Under the pieces are notes generated by a model. That model was given only the letters and a program-made list of their open reading frames with translations. It ran no database searches and had not been told where the DNA came from. A stretch of DNA of 48,388 nt from Mycobacterium sp. GTDB taxonomy: Bacteria; Actinomycetota; Actinomycetes; RYN-182. The stretch covers positions 1-48,388 of the forward strand of contig JAOPWU010000002.1 of assembly GCA_025965515.1 (NCBI GenBank), read 5' to 3'. Positions 1 through 11,631 of this stretch are shown here, in pieces. The stretch's first letter is position 1. Each line of letters starts with the position of its first letter. The position numbers and the translations under genes were made by a program.

Positions 1-303
1 GTCCACCCGGACCTCGAGCTCGTCGGCGACGGGGACCCGCATGCCACCCAGATCGATGCGCGGGACGGCGTCGTCCGCGGGCACGTCGGCCACGTCGTAG
101 GGCCCGGTGGTCGGGAGCGACACCCGCTCGTCGGCGGGCCCGCCCGCCGCGAGGGCTGCCTCGTCGGCGTCCTCGTCCGCCGCGTCGAACTCGACCCCCG
201 CGACCTCGTCGACCTCGTCCACCCCGTCGACCTCGTCGACCTCGTCGACCTCGTCGTTCGCGTCGTCAGCGCCGGAGCGCCCGCGTCGTCCGAACAGCGC
301 CAT
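1..303 (-). CDS. DUF3710 family protein (3' end runs off the window)
   Basis: Manual translation from ATG at 303: [10 protein letters not shown]...acidic linker...GPYDVADVPADDAVPRIDLGGMRVP. The start overlaps the dut stop (TGATG). dut-DUF3710 is a conserved actinobacterial gene order. Confidence 0.8.
   Translation of the reverse strand, partial: MALFGRRGRSGADDANDEVDEVDEVDGVDEVDEVAGVEFDAADEDADEAALAAGGPADERVSLPTTGPYDVADVPADDAVPRIDLGGMRVPVADELEVRVD
202..255. repeat. 9-bp tandem repeat (GACCTCGTC)x6, one unit degenerate, encoding Asp-Glu-Val repeats in DUF3710
   Basis: Units at 202, 211, 220 (CACCCCGTC), 229, 238 and 247, read directly. Confidence 0.85.
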
Positions 304-788
304 CAGGCTGTCCCCTCCTCATCGCCCGGCACCGCTGCCGCGGCGTGTCCGCCCGTCGAACCGAACCCGCCGGTCCCCCGGGCGCTCGACGGCAGCACCG
401 CCGTCTCCTCCAGTGTCACCCGTTCCACCCGCTGCACGACGAGCTGGGCCACGCGATCATGGCGCGCCAGCACGATGTCGGCCGTGGGATCGAGGTTCAC
501 CAGGATCAGCTTGATCTCACCTCGGTACCCCGCGTCGACGGTGCCGGGCGCGTTGACCAGCGACAGCCCGCAGCGGGCCGCCAGCCCGGAGCGGGGATGC
601 ACGAACGCGGCGTACCCCTCCGGCAGCGCGATACCGATTCCGGTCCCGACGACCGCCCGTTCGCCGGGGCGCAGCACGATGCCCGCCGTGGCGTGCAGGT
701 CCAGGCCGGCGTCGCCGGGACTTGCGTACCTGGGAAGCGGCACCTCGGCGGCGAAGAGGCCGACGGGGACCCGCAGCGGTCCGGTCAC
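303..788 (-). CDS. dut: dUTP diphosphatase
   Basis: Motifs [41 protein letters not shown] start at 788 overlaps the upstream stop (GTGA). Confidence 0.96.
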   Translation of the reverse strand: MTGPLRVPVGLFAAEVPLPRYASPGDAGLDLHATAGIVLRPGERAVVGTGIGIALPEGYAAFVHPRSGLAARCGLSLVNAPGTVDAGYRGEIKLILVNLDPTADIVLARHDRVAQLVVQRVERVTLEETAVLPSSARGTGGFGSTGGHAAAAVPGDEEGTA

Positions 789-1408
789 GGCCCGTACTGC
801 AGGGCGGTGTCGGCGGACGGCTCCGTCGCGGACGCGGCGGTCCCGGCCCGGGCGAAGTGCAGGCCGCCGGCGCCGTGGCGGCTGAAGTGCTCCGTGGGCA
901 CCTGGATGAACAGGCCGGAGGCGGAGGCCACCACCGGGCCCTCCGGGCTGTCCAGGCGCGCCACGGCGACGGCGTACGACTTGCGGCCGTGGACGGCCAG
1001 CAGCTCGCCGTCGCTGACGAGCGCGCTGCCCACGGGCACCGGCCGGCGGTAGTCGACCTCGAGGCGCCCGGTGACGGACAGCCGGCCCGCCAGCCACATG
1101 AGGTAGCCGAGCGTCTCGTCGAAGGCGGTCGCGATGAGCCCGCCGTGCGCGAGGCCGGGAGCGCCCTGGTGCCGCGCCGCGACCTGCACGGTGGTCCGGA
1201 CCGTCACGCCCTCCCCCGCCGTCGCCCTCAGCCGCAACCCCGGCGGATCCGCGACGCCGCAGCCGTAGCACTCCCCGTAGTGCGGGGGGATGGCGCTGCC
1301 GGGCGGCGGGGCGCCCTGCCAGCGGAGGGGCGGGACGGCGTCGGGCGGAGGCGTGGTTGCGGGCCCCGGTGCGACGAGACCACGGTCGACCGTGAAGGAC
1401 AGGGACAC
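785..1408 (-). CDS. PaaI family (hotdog-fold) thioesterase
   Basis: CYGCG motif and [11 protein letters not shown]...FDE motif. GTG at 1408 has TAGAGT 7 nt upstream. Confidence 0.88.
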   Translation of the reverse strand: MSLSFTVDRGLVAPGPATTPPPDAVPPLRWQGAPPPGSAIPPHYGECYGCGVADPPGLRLRATAGEGVTVRTTVQVAARHQGAPGLAHGGLIATAFDETLGYLMWLAGRLSVTGRLEVDYRRPVPVGSALVSDGELLAVHGRKSYAVAVARLDSPEGPVVASASGLFIQVPTEHFSRHGAGGLHFARAGTAASATEPSADTALQYGP

Positions 1409-1619
1409 GCCCGGAACTCTAACGACCGCTCGCACGGGCCCCGGCGGCCGCGTCCGCGGGGTCCCTCCCCGGGTCCGGACGGGCGCACCGGCGGGGTGGC
1501 ACCCCGACCGCCCCTCAGGGATGCGGGATGCTGACGTCCGGCAGCGGTTCCCCCGGGGCCGGGAGGGGAACCGCCACGGCACCGGGCCGCGCCCGCGCCG
1601 CGCACGAGAAGGAGATCCG

Positions 1620-1910
1620 ATGGCCGATGTAGTGACCAAGCTGGGCTGGCGGTTGGTGGGCAGCCTCCCTGCGGCACTCGTCGCGAACGCCACACGCAAG
1701 GCCGTGACCGCGGGCTGGAGCAAGGCGACGGGCGGGGCGGCGAAGGACCCGACGGACCCCCGGACCCCGCTGCGGAGTGCGCTCGCCTGGTCCCTGCTCT
1801 CCGGCGCCGGTGTCGGCGTCGTCGAGCTGCTGGTTCTCCGGCGCTCCGCCACGATCTGGGCGCGCGCGACCGGTGAGCTGCCGCCGCCGCTGCGCGAGGA
1901 GGAGTCCTGA
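1620..1910 (+). CDS. DUF4235 family small membrane-associated protein
   Basis: MADVVTKLGWRL...W..ATG..P.DP......AL.W pattern; AAGGAG RBS upstream. Confidence 0.8.
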   Translation: MADVVTKLGWRLVGSLPAALVANATRKAVTAGWSKATGGAAKDPTDPRTPLRSALAWSLLSGAGVGVVELLVLRRSATIWARATGELPPPLREEES

Positions 1911-3178
1911 GGGACGGGGGGCGGCCGACCACCGCACCGCCGGGACCCACGACCCCCGCCGCGTTCCGCGGGGCCTCCCCGTCTGCGGACCTCGGGGCCG
2001 CGCTCGCGCGTCGGCTCCGGGAGCGCCCCGGCAGCCGGCTGCTCGGCCGGCAGGAGGCCCGCGTCGTGCTGGACTCCGGGCCGGTGGCCCGCTGGACGCT
2101 GGAGCTGCACCACGGGCGGCTCACCTTCCGCAGCGGCAGCAACGGCAAGCCGGACCTGGTCGTCCGGGCGTCCGCGGACATCCTCACCGACGTGGTGGAC
2201 GGCCGCCGTTCCGGGCTGCGCTGCTTCCTGGACGGCGACCTGACGGTCCGCGGCGACCTGTCGCTCGCCCTGGCCCTGGACGGGATGTTCGCCGTCGACG
2301 AGACGCCGGACCAGTGGCCGCACGCGGACCTGGTGGACGTGCGCGTCGGGCGGCAGACCCTGCACACCGCGCACCTCGAGGCGGGTCCCGCGGACGCACC
2401 GGCCGTGGTGCTGCTCCACGGGCTCGGCGCCACCAACGCCAGCATGCTGCCGGTGATGTGGGACCTGGCCGCCGACCACCGCGTCTTCTCGCCCGACCTG
2501 CCGGGGTTCGGCGCGTCGGACAAGCCGAGGGCGAGCTACACGCCGCGCTACTTCTCCCGGTGGCTCACCGGCTACCTGGACGCGCTGGGGCTCGACCGGG
2601 TCGTCCTGGTGGGCAACAGCATGGGCGGCCGCATCGCCATCGAGCAGGGCCACGCGACGCCCGAGCGCGTGCGCGCCATGGTCCTGCTCTGCCCGTCACC
2701 CGCCTTCCGCCGGCTCCGGCAGTGGGTGCCGCTGGTGCGCCTGCTGCGCCCGGAGCTGGCCTCGCTGCCGCTGTTCCCGCCCGCGCACCGCTTCGTCGTG
2801 GATGCGATCCGCGCCATGTTCAGCCAGTCCGACCGCCTCCCCCAGCCCTGGTACGACGCCGCCGCCGACGAGTTCCAGCGTGTCTTCAGCTCACGCGGCG
2901 GCCGAGTGGCGTTCTTCGCCTGCGCGCGGCAGATCTACCTGGAGCAGGCGGTCGGCAAGCGCGGCTTCTGGGACCGCCTCCCGGACCTGCGGCCGCCCGC
3001 GCTCTTCCTCTGGGGCGACCGGGACCGGCTCGTCCCCTCCGGGTTCGCGCGGCACGTGGAGCGGGCGCTGCCGCAGGCGACATCGATCGTGCTGACCGAC
3101 AGCGGCCACGTCCCCCAGTTCGAGCACCCGCCGGAGGTCAGCGAGTTGGTGCGCGCCTTCCTCACCCAGCACCCGTAG
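1907..3178 (+). CDS. Alpha/beta hydrolase with N-terminal SCP2-like (sterol carrier) domain; start uncertain (CTG 1907 or GTG 2066)
   Basis: LLHGLG, PDLPGFG, GNSMGG nucleophile elbow, GDRD, GHVPQ. The N-terminal PDLVVRAS...FLDGDLTVRGDLSLAL segment resembles SCP2. Confidence 0.82.
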   Translation: MRDGGRPTTAPPGPTTPAAFRGASPSADLGAALARRLRERPGSRLLGRQEARVVLDSGPVARWTLELHHGRLTFRSGSNGKPDLVVRASADILTDVVDGRRSGLRCFLDGDLTVRGDLSLALALDGMFAVDETPDQWPHADLVDVRVGRQTLHTAHLEAGPADAPAVVLLHGLGATNASMLPVMWDLAADHRVFSPDLPGFGASDKPRASYTPRYFSRWLTGYLDALGLDRVVLVGNSMGGRIAIEQGHATPERVRAMVLLCPSPAFRRLRQWVPLVRLLRPELASLPLFPPAHRFVVDAIRAMFSQSDRLPQPWYDAAADEFQRVFSSRGGRVAFFACARQIYLEQAVGKRGFWDRLPDLRPPALFLWGDRDRLVPSGFARHVERALPQATSIVLTDSGHVPQFEHPPEVSELVRAFLTQHP

Positions 3179-3225
3179 CGGGGAGCCGGAGGCTTGACGC
3201 CGGGCGGCCTGGGAAGGGGTCGCGC

Positions 3226-4179
3226 ATGGTGACACTGGGCTACTTCGTTTCCAGCGAGGAGCGGCCCGCCCGCGACCTCGTCGCGGGCGCCGTCGCTGCG
3301 GAGCGGCACGGCTTCGACAAGCTGTGGATCAGCGACCACATCCATCCCTGGAACGACGCGCAGGGGAACTCCACGTTCGTGTGGTCGGTGCTCGGCGCCA
3401 TCGCGCAGGCCACGGAGTCGCTCACGGCGACGACCGCGGTCACCTGCCCGACGGTCCGGACCCACCCCGGCGTCGTCGCCCACGCTGCCGCCACCGTGGC
3501 AACGCTGATGCCGGGCAGATTCCAGCTCGGGGTCGGGTCCGGCGAGGCGCTGAACGAGCACGTCTGGGGCGACCCGTGGCCCAGCGCCGACGTCCGGCTC
3601 GAGATGCTCGAGGAGGCCGTCGGCGTCATCCGTCAGCTGTGGACCGGCGACGTCGTCCACCACGACGGGCTGCACTACACGGTCGACCACGCCCGGCTGT
3701 ACTCGCTGCCGGAGGTGCCGCCCCCGCTCCTCATGAGCGGCTTCGGCCCGAAGGCCACCCGGCTGGCCGCGCGGATCGCCGACGGCTACATGAATGCCTC
3801 CCCCGATGGCGAGCTGGTCGAGCTGTACCGGTCGGCGGGCGGCACCGGGGTGGCGCAGGCGGGCGTGAAGTTCGGCTGGGCGCCGACGCTCGAGGAGGGG
3901 CAGGCCAACGTGGCCCGGCTCTGGAAGAACGACAGCCTGCCCGGGGAGCTGGCGCAGCTGCTGCCGACCCCCGAGCACTTCGAGCAGGCCCAGCAGCTCG
4001 TGTCGGACGAGATGGCCGGCGGTTCCCTCGCGTGCGGGCCCGACCCGGAGCCCTACCTCGAGCGGCTCCAGGCCTACGTGGACGCCGGCTTCGACGAGAT
4101 CTACCTGAGCCAGATCGGGCCGGACCAGGAGGGCTTCCTGCGGTTCGCCGAGAAGGAGTTGCTGCCCCACTTCTCCTGA
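3226..4179 (+). CDS. LLM-class F420-dependent oxidoreductase (G6PDH-like/TIGR03557-type)
   Basis: SSEE, WISDHIHPW, TAVTCPT, LGVGSGEALNEH motifs. Confidence 0.9.
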   Translation: MVTLGYFVSSEERPARDLVAGAVAAERHGFDKLWISDHIHPWNDAQGNSTFVWSVLGAIAQATESLTATTAVTCPTVRTHPGVVAHAAATVATLMPGRFQLGVGSGEALNEHVWGDPWPSADVRLEMLEEAVGVIRQLWTGDVVHHDGLHYTVDHARLYSLPEVPPPLLMSGFGPKATRLAARIADGYMNASPDGELVELYRSAGGTGVAQAGVKFGWAPTLEEGQANVARLWKNDSLPGELAQLLPTPEHFEQAQQLVSDEMAGGSLACGPDPEPYLERLQAYVDAGFDEIYLSQIGPDQEGFLRFAEKELLPHFS

Positions 4180-4237
4180 TCCCGGCTCCCCGGGGGTGTC
4201 GCCCGGCTCCGCCCGTGCGCTGGCTAGGGTGATGACC

Positions 4238-4756
4238 ATGGCCATCTACGCCCTCGGCGACCGAGTTCCGCAGATCGACGCGACCGCCTACGTCCACCCG
4301 GACGCAGTGGTGATCGGCGCCGTGACGCTGGGTCCGGAGGTCAGCATCTGGCCGCACGCGGTGTTGCGCGGCGACTACGGCGAGATCTTCATCGGCGCCC
4401 GGAGCAACGTGCAGGACGGCTCCGTCATCCACGCGACGTTCGAGCTCGCGACGCGGGTCGGCGAGGGCTGCACCATCGGGCACCTGGCCCACCTCGAGGG
4501 GTGCACGGTCGAGGACGGCTGCCTCATCGGATCGGGCAGCGTGGTGCTGCACCGGGCCGTGGTGCGCTCCGGCGCCCTGGTGGGCGCGAACGCCGTCGTC
4601 AGCAACGACGTCGAGGTGCCGGCCCGCGCGATGGCGCTCGGCGTCCCGGCGAAGATGCGCCTCGACGCGGTCCCGGAGGGGACCCTGGAGGCGGCGGCGG
4701 CGCTGTACGCCTGGAACGGCGCGCGATACCGCACCGAGCTGCGTCGCGTCGACTGA
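4238..4756 (+). CDS. Gamma carbonic anhydrase-like (YrdA/PaaY) left-handed beta-helix protein
   Basis: Hexapeptide repeats, LRGD, SNVQDGSVIH, GVPAK. TAGGGT 7 nt upstream of the ATG. Confidence 0.9.
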   Translation: MAIYALGDRVPQIDATAYVHPDAVVIGAVTLGPEVSIWPHAVLRGDYGEIFIGARSNVQDGSVIHATFELATRVGEGCTIGHLAHLEGCTVEDGCLIGSGSVVLHRAVVRSGALVGANAVVSNDVEVPARAMALGVPAKMRLDAVPEGTLEAAAALYAWNGARYRTELRRVD

Positions 4757-4768
4757 CACGCTCCCGGC

Positions 4769-5596
4769 TCAGGCCGGCGGGGCGTCCAGCAGCGCGAGGC
4801 CCGTGCCGGCCAGCAGGTCGTGCAGCGGCCCGAACAACGCGGGCGGCGCGGCGATCGTGAGGTCGTAGCCGGCGGGCGCGCCCGCCAGGCCCTCGACGCG
4901 CAGCCCCGCCTCGGCAGCGATCAGCCCGCCGGCGGCGAGGTCCCACGGGTTGAGGCCCCGCTCGTAGAACGCGTCCACCTGGCCGGTGGCCGACCAGCAG
5001 AGGTCCAGTGACGCTGCGCCGAAGCGCCGGATGTCGCGGATGCGCGGCAGGATCTGCGCGACCAGCTGCGCCTGCACGGTCCGGCGCTCGACGACGTACC
5101 CGAAGCCCGTGGCGACGAGCGCCTGCGGCAGCTCGTCGACCGCGGACCCCGTCAGCTCGGTGAGCGTGCCGTCGGCGGCCCGCCGCAGCGCCCCGCCGCC
5201 CAGCACGGCCGAGTACGTGGTGCCGGTCGTCGCCTGGTGCACGACGCCCGCCACGATCCGCCCGTCGACCTCCGCGGCGATGCTCACGGCCCAGCCCGGC
5301 AGCCGGTACAGGTAGTTCACGGTGCCGTCGATCGGGTCGACCACCCAGCGCACCCCGGAGGTGCCGGAGCTGTCGGCGCCCTCCTCCCCCAGCACCCCGT
5401 CGGCCGGCCGGGCATCGAGCAGGCGGGTGGTGATGAGCTCCTCCACGGCGCGGTCCGCCGCGGTGACCACATCGGTGGCGGACGACTTGGTGTCGACGTC
5501 GAGGTCGCGCTCGCGGGCGGCGACGGCGAGCGCGCCCGCCTCGTCCGCGACGGCGAGCGCGAGGGTGAGCAGGTCGGCGGGATCCGGGGCGGCCAT
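4769..5596 (-). CDS. suhB: Inositol monophosphatase family protein (SuhB)
   Basis: DVVTAAD, LGEEG, WVVDPIDGTVNY, RRFGAASLDL, PWDLAAG. Confidence 0.92.
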   Translation of the reverse strand: MAAPDPADLLTLALAVADEAGALAVAARERDLDVDTKSSATDVVTAADRAVEELITTRLLDARPADGVLGEEGADSSGTSGVRWVVDPIDGTVNYLYRLPGWAVSIAAEVDGRIVAGVVHQATTGTTYSAVLGGGALRRAADGTLTELTGSAVDELPQALVATGFGYVVERRTVQAQLVAQILPRIRDIRRFGAASLDLCWSATGQVDAFYERGLNPWDLAAGGLIAAEAGLRVEGLAGAPAGYDLTIAAPPALFGPLHDLLAGTGLALLDAPPA

Positions 5597-5628
5597 GCGC
5601 CCATCCTCCTGTACCGCCGCCGGGGACG

Positions 5629-5670
5629 CCGACGGGGCCGGGCGGGGAGTCCCCCGCCCGGCCCCGTCGG
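5629..5670 (-). terminator. 19-bp perfect-stem hairpin downstream of acnA (probable terminator)
   Basis: CCGACGGGGCCGGGCGGGG-AGTC-CCCCGCCCGGCCCCGTCGG, 18 nt past the acnA stop. Confidence 0.75.
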
Positions 5671-5688
5671 GGCGTGCCGTGTGGCCGA

Positions 5689-8487
<2,799 letters not shown>

Positions 8488-8599
8488 GGGTCCTCCTGGG
8501 TCCGCGGCGTTCGCGCCGCGCGGACGGTCGACAGGCGAATGGTGGTCACCCGGCGCTCCGGGCCGACGACAGCTTCTCAGACGCCGCCCTATCGCTGGG

Positions 8600-8651
8600 T
8601 ATCTCGACGTCAAGATTCATCCTGCCCCCCTGATCTCTCGACGTCAAGATG
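8600..8651. promoter_or_regulatory. Two TamR/UrtR-type operator palindromes (core TCTCGACGTCAAGAT at 8602-8616 and 8636-8650)
   Basis: An identical 15-mer occurs twice, 34 bp apart. It is pseudo-palindromic (TATCTYGA-CG-TCAAGAT) and lies between divergent acnA and a TamR-like MarR. Confidence 0.85.
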
Positions 8652-8674
8652 CCTGGGGACCTACCCTGGGCCCC

Positions 8675-9232
8675 GTGACGGAGACCGGGCGCGACGAGGT
8701 CGACGGCCTGGCGGAGGACTGGGAACACCAGCGCGACGACCTCACCGCCGCCGACCTCGTCCCCCTGCACCTGATGTCGCGGATCGCCCGGCTCGCCCGG
8801 CACCTCGACCGTGAGCGGCGGCTCGCCTTCCGCTCGTCCGGCCTCGACGCCGGCGAGTTCGACGTCCTCGCCGAGCTGCGCCGGGCCGGGCCGGACGCCC
8901 ACCTGTCCCCGGGTGCGCTGCAGCGCGCGACCCTCGTCTCCAGCGGCACCATGACCCACCGGCTCGACAAGCTGGAGGCCGCCGGCCTCATCGCCCGCGC
9001 GCCGGACCCCGGCGACGGGCGCGGGGTGCTCGTGCGGCTGCTCCCCCTGGGGCGCACGACGGTCGACGCCGCGCTGGACGCGCTGCTGGCCGCCGAACGG
9101 CGACTCGTCCACGCCCTCGGCGACGAGGCGACCGGCGAGCTGATCGGCGGGTTGCGCCGGCTGCTCAGCGTGTATGAGCGCAGCCGGCCTGCCGGGGACG
9201 ACGGCGCCGGGGGCGCGGGGAGCGACGGATGA
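8675..9232 (+). CDS. tamR: MarR family regulator, UrtR/TamR subfamily
   Basis: N-terminal DEVD...W...R.DL..PL..SRI.RLARHLDR..R.AF, EFDVLAELRRAG, SSGTMTHRLDKLE, PDPGDGRG. TACCCT 7 nt upstream of the GTG. Confidence 0.8.
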   Translation: MTETGRDEVDGLAEDWEHQRDDLTAADLVPLHLMSRIARLARHLDRERRLAFRSSGLDAGEFDVLAELRRAGPDAHLSPGALQRATLVSSGTMTHRLDKLEAAGLIARAPDPGDGRGVLVRLLPLGRTTVDAALDALLAAERRLVHALGDEATGELIGGLRRLLSVYERSRPAGDDGAGGAGSDG

Positions 9233-10260
9233 CCGGAGGGACGGACGGGTCCTCTCCGGGGTTCGGCCTCGTGCTCGGTGCGGGCGGCGTCATCGGCCAG
9301 GCCTTCCACCACGGGGTGCTCGCCGCGCTGCAGGACGAACTCGGGTTCGACGCCCGCCGGGCCGACGTCATCGTCGGGACCTCGGCCGGGTCGCTCGTCG
9401 CCACGATGCTCCGCGCCGGCGTGTCCGGGGCGGACCTCGCGGCCTCCGCCCTGCGGCGCTCCGCGACCCCGCAGGGGCATGCGCTGCTGGCAGGGCTCCC
9501 CCGCCCCGTCGACACCGGCCGCCCCGACTGGCGCCGGCTGCGGCCGCCCGCCGGCCCGCTGGTCGCGGGGCACGCGGCGTGGGGCCTGGTCCGGCACGGC
9601 CGGCGGACCCCGGTCGCCGCCCTCGCCGCAGGGCTGCTCCCCGCCGGCGGCATCGACATCCGCCTCGCCGTCGCCCCCGTGGCCGCGGCGCTCCCCGCGT
9701 TCGGCCCCGAGCCGCTGCTGCTGCCGGCGGTGCGCGTCGTCGACGGCCGCCGGGTCGTCTTCGGTACGGCCGGAGCACCGCCCACGACGCCCGGGCTGGC
9801 CGCCGCCGCGAGCTGCGCGGTCCCCGGCTGGTTCTCCCCGGTCGTCATCGACGGCGTGGCCTACGTCGACGGCGGCGCGCATTCGCCCACGAACGCCGAT
9901 CTGCTGGTCGCGCCGCCCGACGCGGGCGTCCCCGCCCGGCCCGTCCCCCGCCCGGCCCGGGTGCTGATCCTCTCGCCCATGTCCGCCGCGGCCGGCGCCC
10001 GGAAACTCGGCAGCCGCGGGGAGGCGATGATGCGGCGTACGAGCAGCCGACGGCTGGCCCGCGAGGTGCGTGCGCTGCGCGAGGCCGGCGTGACCGTCGT
10101 GGAACGCAGCCCGTCGGACGACGAGCTCGAGGTGATGGCCGGTAATCCGCTCAGCGGGAAGCGCCGCCGCACCGTGGTGCAGCGGGCCTACGAGGTCACG
10201 ACCCGTCAGCTCGCCGACCCGCACGTGCGGGCCGTGCTGCAGCGGGTAGCAGATCTCTGA
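9229..10260 (+). CDS. Patatin-like phospholipase
   Basis: GAGGVIG oxyanion loop, GTSAG nucleophile, YVDGG. ATGA overlap with the MarR gene. Confidence 0.9.
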   Translation: MTGGTDGSSPGFGLVLGAGGVIGQAFHHGVLAALQDELGFDARRADVIVGTSAGSLVATMLRAGVSGADLAASALRRSATPQGHALLAGLPRPVDTGRPDWRRLRPPAGPLVAGHAAWGLVRHGRRTPVAALAAGLLPAGGIDIRLAVAPVAAALPAFGPEPLLLPAVRVVDGRRVVFGTAGAPPTTPGLAAAASCAVPGWFSPVVIDGVAYVDGGAHSPTNADLLVAPPDAGVPARPVPRPARVLILSPMSAAAGARKLGSRGEAMMRRTSSRRLAREVRALREAGVTVVERSPSDDELEVMAGNPLSGKRRRTVVQRAYEVTTRQLADPHVRAVLQRVADL

Positions 10261-10400
10261 GGCCTTCGTGCGGGATCTCCGCCGGCAACGCGGTTAGAGT
10301 CCGGCCGAGCCCCCCACGAGAAGTTGGTGTCCGCAGCTAACCCCTACCCCGGCGGCCGCGGACGCCCAGCGCGTGGCATTGCACCCCGAAGGGAACCCGC

Positions 10401-11588
10401 GTGGACCTGTCCTACAGCGCCGAGGATGAGGCGTTCCGCACCGAGCTGCGCAGCTGGCTCGCCGAGAACCTGCCCGAGGAGTGGCGTACGCCCGGCTTCT
10501 GGGCCACCTCCGACCGCCAAGAGAACTTCGAGCTGCGCCGGGCCTGGGAGCGCGACAAGGCCCTGGCCGGGTTCGCCGGCATCCAGTGGCCGAAGGAGTA
10601 CGGCGGCCGCGGCGGCACCGCCGCACAGCGCGCGATCTACGACGAGGAGATGGCGCGCCACCACGCGCCGACCACCGTCAATCCGCTGGGCCTGACCTTC
10701 CTCGCCCCGACCGTCATGGCGATCGGCACCGAGCAGCAGAAGCGGGACATCGTCAAGCCGCTGCTGCACAACGAGGTCATCTGGTGCCAGGGCTTCAGCG
10801 AGCCCGACGCCGGCAGCGACCTGGCGAACATCCGGACCAGCGCGGTCCTCGACGGCGACGAGTGGGTCGTCAACGGTCAGAAGATCTGGACCACCAACGC
10901 CGCCCACGGCGACTGGATCTTCGCGCTGGTGCGCACCTCGCAGGAGGAGAAGAAGCACCGCGGCATCACGATGATGCTCATCGACATGAAGTCCGAGGGC
11001 GTCGAGGCGCGGCCGCTCAAGCAGATGAGCGGCGCGAGCGAATTCGGCGAGGTCTTCTTCACCGACGTCCGCGTCCCCAAGGACAGCCACCTGGGCGACG
11101 TCGGTGACGGCTGGAACGTCGCCATGCTGCTGCTCTCCTTCGAGCGCGGCGCGTCGGCGCTGGGCCAGTACACCGAGTTCCGCTCCGAGCTCGACAACTT
11201 CGGCGGCCTCACCAAGGTGCTCTCGAAGGACGGGGTGCCGGCCGCGCAGGACCCGGGCGTGCGGCGCAAGCTCGCCCGCCACCTGGTGGAGCTGGAGTGC
11301 CTGCGGCTGCACTCGCTGCACATCCTCACGCAGGTGGAGAAGGGCCGTGACCTGGGCTTCGAGGCCTCCATGACGAAGCTGCAGTGGTCCGAGACCTCGC
11401 AGCAGATGCAGGAGTCGTTCGTCGACATCCTCGGGGTCGACTTCCAGGTGCCGGACCCCGCGCCGGGCATCGACCTGCGGTTCGAGCAGGCGATGGCGCT
11501 GTGGTCGCGCTCGGTCACGATCTGGGGCGGTTCGTCGCAGGTGCAGCGCAACATCGTCGCCGAGCGCGTTCTCGGCCTGCCCCGCTGA
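10401..11588 (+). CDS. Acyl-CoA dehydrogenase (catalytic subunit of a FadE heteropair type)
   Basis: WCQGFSEPDAGSD, NGQKIWTT, EVFFTDVRVP, FERG, IWGGSSQVQRNIVAERVLGLPR. Confidence 0.93.
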   Translation: MDLSYSAEDEAFRTELRSWLAENLPEEWRTPGFWATSDRQENFELRRAWERDKALAGFAGIQWPKEYGGRGGTAAQRAIYDEEMARHHAPTTVNPLGLTFLAPTVMAIGTEQQKRDIVKPLLHNEVIWCQGFSEPDAGSDLANIRTSAVLDGDEWVVNGQKIWTTNAAHGDWIFALVRTSQEEKKHRGITMMLIDMKSEGVEARPLKQMSGASEFGEVFFTDVRVPKDSHLGDVGDGWNVAMLLLSFERGASALGQYTEFRSELDNFGGLTKVLSKDGVPAAQDPGVRRKLARHLVELECLRLHSLHILTQVEKGRDLGFEASMTKLQWSETSQQMQESFVDILGVDFQVPDPAPGIDLRFEQAMALWSRSVTIWGGSSQVQRNIVAERVLGLPR

Positions 11589-11631
11589 CCGCCCGCCGGT
11601 CTCCCTCTCCCAAACTTCCGGAAGGACCCCC

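Noticed and set aside
202-255. Short repeats as a possible CRISPR array or iteron set
   Set aside because: They are contiguous 9-bp units without spacers, in frame within a CDS, with no cas or rep genes.
303-1271. Apparent 322-aa dUTPase with a long N-terminal extension, and similar apparent fusions (1777-4179, 4769-6976, 25057-27465, 27085-29889, 40933-43623, 42027-44282)
   Set aside because: The extensions are Arg/Pro/Gly-rich off-frame readings of neighbouring genes. The real starts are supported by an RBS, a -10 box or stop-start overlaps.
3179-4192. 11-bp inverted repeat (CGGGGAGCCGG / CCGGCTCCCCG) flanking the LLM gene, as possible mobile-element ends
   Set aside because: It is short and almost all G/C, with no transposase or target-site duplication. 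Chance is plausible.
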